Source: Prorocentrum cordatum (Eukaryota). Taken from it: 64,000 nt of DNA. The stretch's first letter is position 1, and each line of letters starts with the position of its first letter. Under the pieces are notes generated by a model that saw nothing but the letters and a program-made list of their open reading frames with translations, did no database searches and was not told the DNA's origin. The stretch covers positions 1,984,001 through 2,048,000 of the forward strand of contig CAUYUJ010000001.1 of NCBI GenBank assembly GCA_963575745.1, read 5' to 3'. Both the position numbers and the translations under genes were made by a program. Shown piece by piece: positions 25,290 to 37,833 of this stretch.

Positions 25290-26050
25290 GCGAGAGCTAC
25301 GTAAGCTGCACCCCCAGCGGTGGCGCGCCACCGCGGAGGAAATGGCACGAGCGCTACGAGCAGCCAACATGCCACAGGCCATCCTCTACATCCTCCCTAC
25401 GGCGGTCAACGACTGCAGGGGGCGTCGCAAGTGGTTGCCACCAGCAAGCCAGACCGCCCCCACACTACGCCTTTCGATCCGAGTAGACCTGACGTCGAAT
25501 GCGACATCCTTCACTACATGAGCTACATGATACAGCACTTGATCTGCTGCGCCTCAAGGCGGCGCACTGGCCAGAAGCTCGCGAGCAGGTGCGCCTCAAC
25601 ACTGCTGGCGGCCATCGACTGGTCGCGGATCCAACAGTTCGGCTCGATGGAGACTTTCATCGTGGACGACGGCGGGATGACCTCTGAGTGCATTCATTGT
25701 GGAGGAGATGAGGATGCGAGGGGCGCAGGTGGACATCCGAGCTCCACGCCAGCACGCTCGTTTCATAGAGCGACGTGGCGCAATTCTACGACATGCGCTA
25801 CGCGCCCCCGGGGAGCGGCTGGAGCGCGAAGGCGCCGCCGCCCACTTCGACTCCGTGCTGGCCCACGCTGTCTTCGCGGGCAACAGCCTCACCCTTTCGT
25901 GGGCGGCGCAACCCCGCGCAACGTCGTCTTCGGCGACGGCCCCGCTGCTGGTGGCGTAGCGCAGCCCAGCCAGCTGCATCGGCGCATCCGTGACGTCGCC
26001 TTGCAGCGCATGATCAAGTATACTCCCATCGCCCGCGTTAACCGTGCCCT
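25290..26050 (+). pseudogene. Retroelement integrase remnant
   Basis: LRKLH..W.ATAEEM..L...DCRGRRKW (degenerate HHCC finger); VECDILHY..HLICCASR; QFGSMETFIVD; QHARFIERRGAILRH. Confidence 0.7.
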
Positions 26051-27149
26051 CCGGACACGCGCCGCGGAGACCGGAGGGGGGCGCTTCAACGTGGGTGACC
26101 AGGTGGAGATCCACCGGCCTCCTTGCACGAAAGACGCGTCGGGCTGGGAGCACGTTCCATTCTGTGGATCCAGCCAGAGCTTCAGACTGCAGGACGCACG
26201 GGCCTTCACCAGTGCCGTCTTCGACGCCATGGGCACCGGCGTGGCGCGAGCAGGCCTGGCCTGGAACCGCATGGAGGACCGCGGGGGGCGCGTCGCGGCA
26301 GGCCCAGGTGCCCGGACCTTCGGCCACTGGGAGGACGAGAAGGACAGGTAGTCGACCGAACAGGCTTGGCAACGGCCTGATGTCCTCGAGGCTCTGCGCC
26401 ACTTGTTCCGCATATGCTTTCAGTTACCAGACGTTCGGGCCGTGAGTCTTGTGCGTGGTCAGAAGTCTGCGGGCGATTGGCTGGGCTGCACCCGGAGCCT
26501 CGTTATTTGGCGGCCCCCATCGGAGCCCGAGAGACCTCCGCCAACTGCACTTGGACGGCGTCAAGTTCGACGCCCGCAGCCTCGTCGGCTAGCAGTTGCA
26601 GAACGCTCGCGTCATCCAAGTCATCTAGGGTCGCGAACATATATGATTGCAGCTGGCGCCGCGCAGGACCAAGACACGGCGTTCGACGGTCGCGTTATCG
26701 ACGCCCCCGAGGGCGCCGCCAGCGTCATCGAGGGCGGTTCACTATCAGCCCTGTCAGTGACACCCAATGAGGTCGACAGCGACTTCTCCGGCCACATCCA
26801 GCAGCTGACGCTGGCAGCCAGGCAGGAAGTCGAGGGGGCATAGGACCTCGCCCAGGAGCTGCAGGAGCTGGAGAGCACCGACAGCCAGCAGAAGGCCTAC
26901 GCTGCCGTCGAGCACGCGACCGCCAGCACGGGCCGCAGGCCACGCGAGTGGCGCGCCGGAAGACGCAGCACCGGCGTCTGCATGTCCACGCGCAGTGCCA
27001 CTACTACCTGCGCGGCGCCCCTTTGGGCGACTGCGCCAAGCTTGAAGAGAACGAAGGAGGAGAACACGTGGATTTGCACTTGGGCCCAGGAGTGCGACAG
27101 GCATTCCTCAGTTCCGCGACGGCAGTTATGTTTCCGACACGCCCACGAC

Positions 27150-28830
27150 AGCCGTGCTAAAAGTATACGCCGTTGTCATGACCGCGGCAATCGAGCGCGA
27201 CACCGCTCTCCTGGCCAAGGAGGAGGTATCGAGGCTGTCCAAAGAGGTGGCCGCAGCCATCCTCGAGGTGCTCACCATCTGGGTCAGGCACCATCGTTTT
27301 GAGCGGCGACCCCTCAATGGCGGTCGAGGCGTCGCGGGCTCCAGGCGCGCGGTCGAGTGGAAGCGCTAGAAGGGGCCGGGCGGCAATCTCCGATGCCGCG
27401 CGGCGCTGAGGGGCTCCGCGACGCGGGCGCCAGCGCCCTCGAGACGTTCGCCGGCGCGGCGAAGCGGGCGCCCCAGCGCATCCTGTCCTTAGAGGCGGCT
27501 TGTCGCCCAGACTGGGCGTGCGTCGCCGTGGACGTCGAGAAGGCGCTCCAGCGCGTGAACTTCACCCTGCCGCCCAGCAGTGCTGCCATCCTCGGGCGGG
27601 CCCCAGGCTGCGAGTACTTCGACGAGCGGACCGAATGCCTGCGCAGCATCAGGCCAGACACGGGCTGCAAGAATGCGCCCGGGGCTTTCTCCATGAAGCT
27701 CACCGGGGTCACGCGCTCGCCCGAGTGCAACGCCAAGTTGACGCGGTGGTGCGGTGGGGCCCAGGCCCAGGGCTCGAGGTCAAACGTGAGGCGTCTGGCA
27801 CATGTGTCTCCGGCGGCTCAGAGCTACTGCTCACGCTGTCCACGCACGTCGACGACTTGAAGATTGTTGGGCGCAAGGAGCACGCAGGCAGACTCATCGG
27901 CCACATCGAGAGCGTCTTCGGAAAAATGCAGAGCGACTTCGACGACTTCACCAACTGCGGCGCCCACCACCGCAGCGCCGACGATGCTGCAGCGCTCGAC
28001 CAGGACGAGTGCATCGACGCGCTGACCCCCGTCGGGCACGTCGACCTGGCCGAAGCAAAAACCGACGAGCCGGCAGGAGGTCCGCTTCCAGACCTCGTCG
28101 TCTCCCTCCTCAGAGCGGCCGCTTACGCGCTGCTCGCGCAGCGCCGCGTCGCGGCGTGCGCCGCCGCGCTGCATAGAGTGCCAACATCAAGCTATGCATC
28201 AGGCGCTCGACGCAGCTGAAAGCCGCGGTTCTGGCCACGCAGGAGATCAAGGCGCGCGTCGCATTCCCAGCGATGGAATGTGGCAGCCGGCTGTGCGCGC
28301 ACAGCAACGGCTCGTTCAAGCGCGAGGAGGAGACGGGATGCGGCATGCGAGGCGCCGTATATGCGCGTCGTGGCAAGTGTCGCAGAACCAGGCAGGAGGT
28401 ATGCCACCTGTTCGACGCCGTGGGTCGTCTACACAAACTTGCGCGTCCAATTTCACTCGGCTCAGAGCTGCTCGCCGCCTGCAGAGCAGCCGACGGAATG
28501 TGGGCCGACCTCCTGGTCCTCCGCGAGATGGTAGGTGGATTTGTTTCAGCCGAGGAGACCTAAAGATTGAGGGAGGAGGAGGCTATGCCGTGCTGGCCGA
28601 ACTCGTGATGGACGGCATTTCCGTGTTTTCAGCCCTGGCCGTGGACCCTGCTCGACAGCCATCAGAGGGCAGCATGGCCGCGCGCGTCTGGTGGCTGTCC
28701 GATCAGCTACGCACCAGACGAATCGACTACACCTTGTGGTGCGACACCAGAGAGGCGCGCGCCGACCCAACGACGAAGGGCCACACGGGCCGCGAAATAA
28801 TTTTGAGTATCATGGACGGCGGTTTCAGCC
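27150..28830 (+). pseudogene. Copia-type reverse transcriptase and RNase H remnant
   Basis: QRILSLEAA..DW..VAVDVEKALQ; STHVDDLKIVG; HSNGSFK; ELLAACRAAD; WCDTREARADPTTKG (copia RNase H ADxxTK). Confidence 0.85.
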
Positions 28831-29089
28831 ACGATGACAATAGCGTCAAGGTGAGAGACGAGAAACTGAAGGAAGCCACGCCCACCTCACAACGCAGCAG
28901 TCGTGCCAACAAGAAGATCGACGATTCAATTGGTTGAGCCACCTGGCGCCGCATCTCCCGAGGTGTGTTCGCGAGTGCAGTCAGGCTCGCATACCGCGAA
29001 CTGCGTTCGCGAAGACGACACAGTCCATCAGAGAGAATTATCCCGGCAGGAGGAATGGGGAGACGGCGCGAGGCAGGAACGGGATATGA

Positions 29090-30700
29090 CAGGAGAGCTG
29101 GCCGCGGTCACGGCGTCAGAGATCGCGGCAGCTCTGCGTGCCATGAAGGCCGGCAGAACAGGTGCAGACGACGGGCTTGTCATGGAAATGTTGCGGACGG
29201 GACATGTCGAGTTGATGAACGATTTGGCTTCCTATTTCACAGACGTGCTGGTCGGCGCCATGGAGCCGCCGAGCGAGTGCAAAGTTGCACGAGTGTCTGC
29301 GATTGTCGAGAAAGGTTCGCGAAGCGAGCTGAAAAATTGCAATCCGATATCGATCATTCCGGCAATGGCTAAGCTGTTCAGCACTGTGCTATACCGGCGT
29401 ATCCGCGACCAGGTCGAGCAGAGATATCATGAGGATCAGTGCGGCTTCCGGAGTGGCAGAGGCTGTGACGACGCTCTACACGCGCTGCGCATGGTGGCGG
29501 AGAAGTCCGGGGAGCGCGGGAAGGAGCTGTGAATGGCTACACTGGACGTCGAAAAAAAAGCATTCGACAGAGTGCACCACGCGCAGCTGTTCGAAGCCTT
29601 GAAGGCAGCGAATGTGGGCCCAAGTGTTGTCAACGTACTCCGGGCGCTCTATCGGGACATGTCGGCCCACGTCCAGGCGGCCCCGGGGTCGGAGAGCAGG
29701 CGCTTCCAAGTGCAGCGCGGTGTCCGGCAGGGGGGCCCGTTGTCACCAGTTTTGTTCAACCTGATCATGACACAGATTCTAGACGAAGCGAGCTGCGTCT
29801 GGCAGCGGCGCGGCTATGGCACTATTGTCGGCCAGGCGCTCAACGGACGGCGCCTCACGCGCGTGGCCTTCGCAGATGATGTGACCTTGACTTCGCGGAC
29901 GTGGACGTCGTTGAAGCGCATGATCTTGGCTTTGAAGGCTGCTCTACAGAAGAGAGGCCTTCAGTTACACCCGACAAAATGCAAAGTGCAAGCAAATCGG
30001 CCAGAAGCGTCGCGGAGGGGGGGCGTCGAATTGGAGGGCGGCTTCTCGGTCAAGGTGCTGGAAGAGGGCGAACCTTTGGAGGTGTTGGGCACGATGCTTT
30101 CCTTGACCGACGCGACAAAGGTTGAGACCGAGCATAGAGTAGCCACTGGTTGGCGCAAGTTCTGGGCAATGCAGAAAATGCTGCTGAACAGAGACGCCTC
30201 CCTTTCCTGCAGACTGAAGCTCTTCGACACGTCTGTTGGTGCATGCGTCTTGTGCGGCTCGAACTCCTGGACGCCGCGCGCGGCGGAGATCCGCTTCCTG
30301 ACGGCTGCGCAGAACAAGATGCTGCGCCGGATTTGCGGCTTCAGGCGCGCGCCAGAGGAGCAGCGGCACGCTCGGGTCCAACGGGCGACAAGGCGCGGGA
30401 CAAGGCGCAGGCGGTGGGAGTGCGAAGGTGGCCGGAGGCGCACGCCCAGAGGAAATGGTCGTGGGCGGGCCATGTTTCGAGAATGACCGCCGCGCCATGG
30501 GCGTGGAGAACGACGTTATGGAGAGATTCTGAATGGACCCGGGACACGAGGAACGACGGCCGGGGCCGGCTGACCCGACCTTCGCGCGTGAGGCGCATGA
30601 AATGGGAGGACCAGATGAGGCGTTTCTGTACGACGGAAGGACACCGCAGCTGGACCGCAGTGGCCGGGAACCGCGACAGATCAGCCTCTCAGATCAGCGC
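29090..30700 (+). mobile_element. 5'-truncated, disrupted non-LTR retrotransposon (RTE-like LINE) reverse transcriptase
   Basis: EIAAALRAMKAGRTGADDG; PISII; QCGFRSGR; LDVEKKAFDRV; GVRQGGPLSPVLFN; AFADDV; KWSWAGHVSR; RMKWEDQ. In-frame stop at 29530 and a frameshift near 30390. No endonuclease visible. Confidence 0.9.
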
Positions 30701-30929
30701 GAGTGGTTCGCAACGCGGTGCGCCCGATCTCCGAGCCTCTACGGAGCTGCACCCCCTTCCACCTTTCACTTTTGACCCGGCAGAGCAACCTAACAGCGAT
30801 GTGTATAAGCATATCTGGACGCATTCCCCTTAAGATTCAGGTGGGAATCCAGTTGTAGAGTTCTGCTGTTCTCGCAGTCGCAGTCGCATTCGCAATGACA
30901 GTCGCAGTGGCAACGGCCTTCGGAACCAA

Positions 30930-31190
30930 TGAACACCTAAGGATTCCGAGGGGTTCCTAGGGCATCCTTAGGCATCCTCAGGAATACACGGGGATCCTTA
31001 GGAGTCCTTAGGAGTCCTGAGGAAGCCGGATTCCCAGGGTTTCCTAGGGATTCCTCAAGATTCCAAAGGAATCCTAAGGATTCCTAAGGATTCCTGAGGA
31101 TGCTTAACTATGCCTATGGATTCCTAAGGATGCCCACGGCCTCCTAAGGATTCCTAGGGATTCTTAAGGATTCCAATGGATTCCTACGGA
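30930..31190. repeat. Degenerate 10-bp satellite (ggattcctaa)
   Basis: Repeated ggattcctaa / ggcatcctta / ggagtcctta units. Confidence 0.85.
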
Positions 31191-32281
31191 TGCCTCAGCC
31201 TGCTTCTGTCTCAGCCTCAGCCTCAGCCTGCTTCGGCTTGCCTCAGCCTCAGCCCTAGCCTGCCTCGGCCTCAGCCTCGGCCTGCCTCAGCCTCAGCCTC
31301 AGCCTGCCTAGGCCTCAGCCTGAGTCAGCCTCAGCTTCAGCCTGCCTCGGCCTGCCTCGGCCTCAGCCATTTTCAGCCTCAGCCTGCCTCGGCTTGCCTC
31401 AGCCTCAGCCTCAGCCTGCCTCGGCCTCAGCCTGCCTCAGCCTTCCCTCCCCCCCCCATTCAGCTTCACCTTTCCTCATCTTCGGCCTGCCTCGGCGTCA
31501 TCCTCAGCCTCAGCCTCAGTCTCAGCCTCAGCCTGTCTCGGCCTGAGCCTGCCTCGGCCTCAGCCTCAGCCTGCCTCAGCCTCAGTCTCAGCCTCGGCCT
31601 GTCTCAGCTTCAGCCTGCCTCAGCATCAGCCTCAGCCTCAGCCTCAGCCTCAGCCTGCCTCGGCTTGCCTCGGCCTCAGCCTCAGCCTGCCTTGGCCTCA
31701 GCCTCAGCCTGCCTCGGCGTGCCTCAGCCTCAGCCTCACCCTCAGCCTGCATCAGCCTCAGCCTCAGCCTGCCTCAGCCGCAGCTTGCCTCAGCCTCAGC
31801 CTCAGCCTCAGCCTCAGCCTCAGCCTCAGCCTGCATCAGCCTCAGCCTCAGCCTGCCTCAGCCGCAGCTTGCCTCAGCCTCAGCCTCAGCCTCAGCCTCA
31901 GCCTGCCTCAGCTTCAGCCGCAGCCTCAGCCTGCCTCGGCTTGCCTCAGCCTCAGCCTGAGTCTGCCTCAGCCTCAGCCTCAGCCTCAGCCTGCCTCAGC
32001 CTCAGCCTACCTCAGCCTCAGCGTCAGCCTTCCTCAGCCTCAGCGTCAGCCTCTCAGCCTCAGCCTGCTTCAGCCTCAGCCTCAGCCTCAGCCTCAGCCT
32101 CAGTCTCAGCCTGCGTCAGCCTCAGCCTGAGTCTGCCTCGGCCTCCGCCTGCATCAGCCTCAGCCTCAGCCTGCCTCAGCCTCAGCCTCCCTCAGCCTCA
32201 GCCTCAGCCTGCCTCGGCGTGCCTCAGCCTCAGCCTGAGTCTGCCTCGGCCTCAGCCTGCCTCGGCCTCAGCCTGCCTCAG
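31191..32281 (+). repeat. (GCCTCA)n hexamer-based satellite
   Basis: About 1.1 kb of cctcag/cctg variants. Confidence 0.95.
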
Positions 32282-32284
32282 TTC

Positions 32285-32683
32285 GGGCATTCAAAATATG
32301 GCACACGACGGGCGTTCTGGGAACACGAAGATCACGAAGTGACCCAGAATTGGCTCCGGGCAATGAAAATATAGTACAGGAGTGGTGTTTTGGGAACTCG
32401 AAGAACACGAAGTGGCCTACAGTTGGCCCCGGGCATTCAAAATGTGGCCTGGGAGTGGTGTTCTGGGAACACGAAGAACACGAAGTGGCCTAATGTTGGT
32501 TCCAGGCATTCAACATGGGGCCTGGGAGTGGTGTTCTGGGAAGACGAAGAACACGAAGCGGCCTACAGTTGGCTCCGGGCATTCAATGGCCTGGGACTGG
32601 TGTTCTGGGAAGACGAAGAACACGAAGTGGCCTACAGCTGGCTCCGGGCATTTAAAATGTGGCTTGGGAATGGTGTTCTGGGG
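32285..32683 (+). repeat. ~73-bp minisatellite, about 5.5 copies
   Basis: Units read ggcattcaaaatgtggcctgggagtggtgttctgggaacacgaagaacacgaagtggcctacagttggctccg. Confidence 0.9.
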
Positions 32684-35514
32684 AGTGCCCGGATCCTCCC
32701 TGGCACCCGCTCAGACCGTCCTGGGGAGTCCCGGGGAGTCCCCGGATCCTCCCCGGCATCCGCCCAAAACTCCCTGGGGAGTCAAGGTGCTCTCTTTTGA
32801 ACCCATTAGAAACCTATCAGTCTTCGCTGCTAGGGGAAAAAAGGTGGAAAAGTTTGCATGTCGCGCACTGCGTTCGCGAATGCTACGGAGTCAGCATGCC
32901 AGTGAGTGGGTCGCCTCCTCGTACTATGGTCGAGGGGCCGAACGTGTCGCACAGTTGAGCAAGCTAGTGATTGAGTTCTTGCCCCCTCCAATAACCTGCT
33001 GCTCGCGCAATTCTATATATGGAACCTATACTCGCGTCTCAAGTACGGACTCTCGCGGGGAACTTTCTTGCACGTGCTTCGGCAACAGACACAGTTGGGA
33101 ATGTTTACTGCAAGTACTCCGGCTGCAGATACAGCCAGCTGGAAATTTGATTGCAAGTGCTTCGGTTGCAGGTACACCCGGAATTTGTACTGCAAATGAC
33201 CCGGCTGAAGGAACAGCCGGAGACTTGTCTGCAAATCGTCCAGTTGCAAATTTCAACCAGAAGGTTTATTGCAAGTGCTGGCGCTGTAATTAGAATGAGG
33301 AGGGTGGTCAGTAGAACCTCCTGCTCTGCACCCTGGCCTGTCTGGAATTGTTTAGTCTAGCCAGTCCGTTGTGTTTCGGGTTTCTCCAGGTTGGAAAGCC
33401 ACCGAGGCACGACGGACCCTCTTGAACACCAGACTCGAAAGGTAGGTTACGTATGCTTGTCGGGCGTGGGAGGGCCTTTTTTTCCGTTGCCAGTTTGTCT
33501 TCCGGCTAGCATCCCGCGCCCGCTCTACTACACACATCGCTTTTAGACATACCTTCCGCTCTACGCTGAAAGATTATTGTTTCACCGTCCGTTTGACATT
33601 TCGAGTCCTCTTCCCTCCCTCCTCCTCTGTGCTCCCTGCCTTTTTTCCTCCGTTTCTCTTTACATCCTCCCTCCTCTTTGTCCTCTACTCCTCTCACCCG
33701 TCAATCCATTATCCTTCCTCGCTCTCACCTTCCATTGCGCATCCCCTTCCCCTTTTTTCTTCCTCCTTGTCGTCCTCCTCCTCCTTCTCCTCCTGGTCGG
33801 CCTCTTCCTCTGCAGAGTAACCATGCGCCTACGTCCGATCCGATCCGACCCTCCTCCTCCTCCTCCTCGCCCTCGTGTGGGACGGGGCTCTCCCCCAGGC
33901 CACGTCGCGCCTGGCGCTGCGGCTGCCAACCGGGCAGCGCATGCAGAGGAAGTTCCTTCCGACCGCTACCCTCAGGAGAGGGGCAGGGGCGGGATTCCAT
34001 GTCAGGGGCAGCGTTAGGGGGACATTGGCTAATTGAGGAATGCATCGGCAAACAATCTCAGAAAAATCGCCGATAGGGGCCAGATAGCCCATGCCGCCCA
34101 GGAACGCGTGGTTCTACTATCGAGAGCTTGTCGCCGATCTATCGATGATGCGTCGCCGTTCCCAGGTCCATGCGGGCGTGAGCTGCGTGCTCATTGGCCT
34201 TCTAGCCCTCCATTCGATTCACCGCGTTGCGGTTTCTGCCTGTCTTTCGGATGAGGATGCCTAGTTCTGAATGTTTCAATTGGCGCTGCCCGTCGCCCTG
34301 CTCGTCCTCGTCGCTTGTCGAGATTATTCCTGAGCGAAGCCATCATGTTGTCCACACCGGGCGAAGAAGCCCCGTTACTCCATTACGTTGCCAGATCGTT
34401 TAGGATTCACCTGCTTGACCTGTGAGTTGGCAGGCACCGCGCCTGTACCTAGACAGTTTCACGGTTCGTCTAGCCGCCAGCCTGTTTCGGAATGGCTCTC
34501 CAGGCCAATTCTTCTGTTAGCATCATTCGCTTGTTATTCATACAGGCAGCACTAGTCGCCCCCCAGCAGAGCCCACCACCCCAGCTGACATGCAGCACCA
34601 TCATAGTTCCCACTGACTGTCCGAAGCCATGGCTGAGTTTCTCTTCGTGTCGCGTCGAGGCGGACGGCCGGTACTTCGAATAGTTATTGGTGGAACAGCG
34701 CCTGAGTCTTCATTCCACGATATGACTGCACTTTCGTCCGTGCTGCCTCACCTGCGTGTGCGCAATGTTCGTTGCATTCCTCACACGCGAGCAGATTTTG
34801 ACAGAAGCGGAATCCGTCCAATGCAGGCAGAATTTGAGACACATGGAGTTTAGCGGAGGGACGTGTACGATTGGGCCGATTGCGTCGGCTTTATGCAAGA
34901 GAACAAGGAGAAAGACCTGGTGATACCGGAGCGCTTCACACTCAAGGAGGGCGGGAATGAAAGATGTAGGCAAGTGGTTGTGGGCAGGCAGAAGGAGGGG
35001 TGACGCAAGTGTCCACCGCGGTTCGAGGCAGAAGCGTGACTTCGTTTCAGCGAACATACAGGTTTGTCACCCTCCTCGGTTGTACATATGTTGCCTCGTC
35101 TGTTCTGCACAATCCATATCTGATCCCCCACACACGTCACAATGTATTACGTATACTCTTGCCAAGGCTGGCCAGCACAATCAGCAATATCCATTTATGG
35201 CAACGTTGGAATGGGTTTGAGGTGGAGGGGGTGTGCTTTGGGCGGTATGTCGTATCTGTGTGCGGGCCGAAGCCCGTGTCTGCCCGCTAACACAAGCGTA
35301 TTCCCCAACCTCGTGCTCAGAATATTTTGCAGGAGCAGCTGTTGACGTCGCTGATTAATTGTTTCCGTCCCCGCCTCATGCTGTTGCGAAGTTCAGAGCC
35401 AGCGCTCTTCACGAGACGGATCTGCGAACAAGAGGGAGAAGGAGAGAGAGAGAGAGAGAGAGTGGTCATATCCATCCAAATAAATCCGAAAGGTGCTTTG
35501 TGGGTTTGCGTGGG

Positions 35515-36150
35515 CCCCCGGCTCCCCGAGCCTCCCGGGGCCTCCCAGGGGCCATGAAACGGCTCCGGAAGGCACCCAGAGAGGTCCTAAACGGCGCCGG
35601 AGCTCCCCTGAGGGTCCCCTGAGAGGCCCGACGCGGCGCCAGAGCTCTCCAGAACAGCCCCGAGACGGCCCACGCAGGCCCCGAGACGACCCAGACGGCT
35701 TTCAGGCGGCCCAAGACGTTCTCCAGACGGCCCCCTGCGCCCCCAAAAAAGCCCCCGGACAGCTCCAGGGGGGTCCACGGGATCCCCCATGGGAGCTCCA
35801 CAGAGCCAAAAACGTCACTTTCCATATGTAATCTGTACAGGATTACCGGATTCGACATTTTCCTGATCGAATCCCCCACAGGTCCCCGCGATCGCCCAAG
35901 ACAGCGCCCAGGACGGCCCAAAAATGGCCCGGACGGCCCGAGGACGGCCAAAGAGGCGCCCAGAACTGCCCGAGAAGACCCCAAGACACGCCCAAGAGGG
36001 GCCCAGGAGAGCCCATGATGGCCCCAAGACGATCCAAATGGCGCCCAAGATGGCTCCAGACGGCCCCCAAGACGGCCCTCGAGGCGCCCTCCACCGCCCA
36101 AGACGGCCCCGAGCCGCCCGCACCCTCCCCCGCCGGAGCCACCCCTTCTA
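35515..36150 (-). repeat. Dispersed low-complexity repeat family (gggccgtcttggg / ggcctcttggg type), related to 57000-57790 and 60840-61400
   Basis: cccaagacggccc motifs here; the reverse-complement motifs occur at 57.0-57.8 kb and 60.8-61.4 kb. Confidence 0.6.
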
Positions 36151-37146
36151 AGGAGAGTCGGCGCCAGGTGCGAACGCCGAACGCGGCGCGCGCCACCGAC
36201 ACTCGATCCTCACAACTCCGTGGACTTAATCCACGGGTCCACACTAGTATCTATATATATATATATTTATCGAGAAAGAGATACATAAAGAGAGAGAGAG
36301 AGAGAGAGAAAAACAAGAAAAAACGAGCAATCAAAGCCATCACATGTTCATCTTAGCGCAGCCTGAGGCGGATGAGAAACATTGGCAGAGTCGACGACAT
36401 CCGACTTAGCTGACCGAAGGCTCGGTGTGCAGCCGCCTGTTCCATCAGGTTTGGGCAACTGTGGTCTGTTTATCCACACTGCAGTTGCTCGGCGCCGCTC
36501 ACGCATACTAGAGCTCAGGCCTACCCGTCCTATGCAAAGCAGACAGCGGTTGCTCCCCTGGTCCGTCCCATTCCGTTGCAGGGGGGGAGGTGGAGGGCAG
36601 GAGGAGAGGGGAGGGAAGAGGGACACAGCCGGGGAGCGGAAGAGGGCTGGGGATTGGGAGGTGCGAGGGGAGGTGCGAGGAATGTGAGGGCATCGGGCTT
36701 CGATGAAAGGGGATCCAGTATCGAGGGTCCTGACTTGAAGATCGAGGGCCGAGGTTCGGGGAACAACATCTTTGGAGCTACTCGTGATCCTTCTTGTGCC
36801 TCCAGATGTTTCCCCAGGCCTCTGGGCACCCCTGACGGCCTCCAGGTCCTGCAGGGAGCGGGGGATCAGGGCCCCGTGAAGCATGGCCTTGTCAGCCAGG
36901 ACTCTGCCACACCAGGCGGCAGAGAGGCGAGATTGGAGGACGTCTCGACGCACGGCTGCAGTGGCCCCCCAGAGCGCTACCGTCCTGGCTCCTCCACACA
37001 TCTACATACGCAGACACCCGCCAATGGATTGTTCTTGGGCCTCAGGGGAGGGCGGCGGTGTATGAATTATTATCAGGAGCCAGCGACTTTATGCACCGCA
37101 ACCCTTCCTGAGGGTACATACAAAATTCTTCAGAGGGTGTCTGTGT

Positions 37147-37147
37147 A

Positions 37148-37195
<48 letters not shown>

Positions 37196-37314
37196 CATAC
37201 ATACATACATACATACATACATACATACACACACATACATGCATACATACATACATACATACATACATACATACATACATACATACATACATCTACGTAT
37301 CTACATACATATAT
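37147..37314. repeat. (TA)n/(TACA)n microsatellite; apparent target of the DIRS-like insertion
   Basis: The tract ends at the element's left ATG, and TATATATA resumes at 43880. Confidence 0.9.
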
Positions 37315-37394
37315 ATGCGTTGTGCTTGCACATTAATGATCTCTTGCTGCGTTCAGTGCCGTATGTCGCAACTTATGCTCAAGTTTTTCCAGGA
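37315..37394 (+). repeat. Split direct repeat A1
   Basis: atgcgttgtgcttgcacattaatg...caagtttttccagga is identical to 43588-43667. Confidence 0.97.
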
Positions 37395-37407
37395 GAGGAT
37401 TTCCCGG

Positions 37408-37833
37408 ATGGGGGCTCAGTCCGCCCTCATCGAGTCCTTCCAGACCGCAGGGATCCGCGCTCTCGAGCTGCTGGCGCTGCGCCAGTCCCTGCTCTCGGCG
37501 GTGCCCCAGTGCCCCGCTGTCTCGCTGGCGTGCCCGCCCGCGAACGTCACGTGCCCCGTCCAGGTCTGCCCAGCGCTGGCCTGCCCCACGCCAGCGTGCC
37601 CCGTGCCGCTGGTGAACCTCTCCTGCCCGCCTGCAGGAGTGGCGCTCGGGCCTGACGGGCTTGACGTGCCCTCGGCCTGCTGGGGGTACCTGGCGGGGGT
37701 CTCCGCGGGGCTCGGGCTGGGCGGTGCAGTCTGGCGGCGCGGCGGCCGCGCCGGCGCCGAGTCGGCGGGAGTGGGAGATCGAGCGCGGGAGCAGCTGCAG
37801 CTGATCAGGAGACGCAATGGCGAGAGTAGGTGA
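37408..37833 (+). CDS. Small element-encoded ORF (141 aa) with Cys-Pro repeats and a predicted C-terminal membrane segment
   Basis: [42 protein letters not shown], then [20 protein letters not shown]. Overlaps the gag start. Confidence 0.6.
   Translation: MGAQSALIESFQTAGIRALELLALRQSLLSAVPQCPAVSLACPPANVTCPVQVCPALACPTPACPVPLVNLSCPPAGVALGPDGLDVPSACWGYLAGVSAGLGLGGAVWRRGGRAGAESAGVGDRAREQLQLIRRRNGESR

Larger units (their letters stand above)
21700..28940 (+). mobile_element. Decayed Ty1/copia-type LTR retrotransposon internal region (PR-dUTPase-DNMT-like-IN-RT-RNase H); gag and LTRs not identified
   Basis: Integrase precedes RT, which is the copia order. Domain motifs are listed in the sub-features. 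Many frameshifts and stops. Confidence 0.85.

Noticed and set aside
31176..32342. 388-aa SASA/QPQP ORF
   Set aside because: It is the translation of a (GCCTCA)n satellite.
32285..32683. 73-bp array as CRISPR, or as a coding repeat (ORFs 32382..33293, 32390..32800)
   Set aside because: Whole units repeat with diffuse divergence and no spacers. The unit length is not consistently a multiple of 3.
32850..35350. Higher-complexity DNA that might be a gene or transposase remnant
   Set aside because: Only short ORFs and no motif I can recognise, so I cannot support a call.
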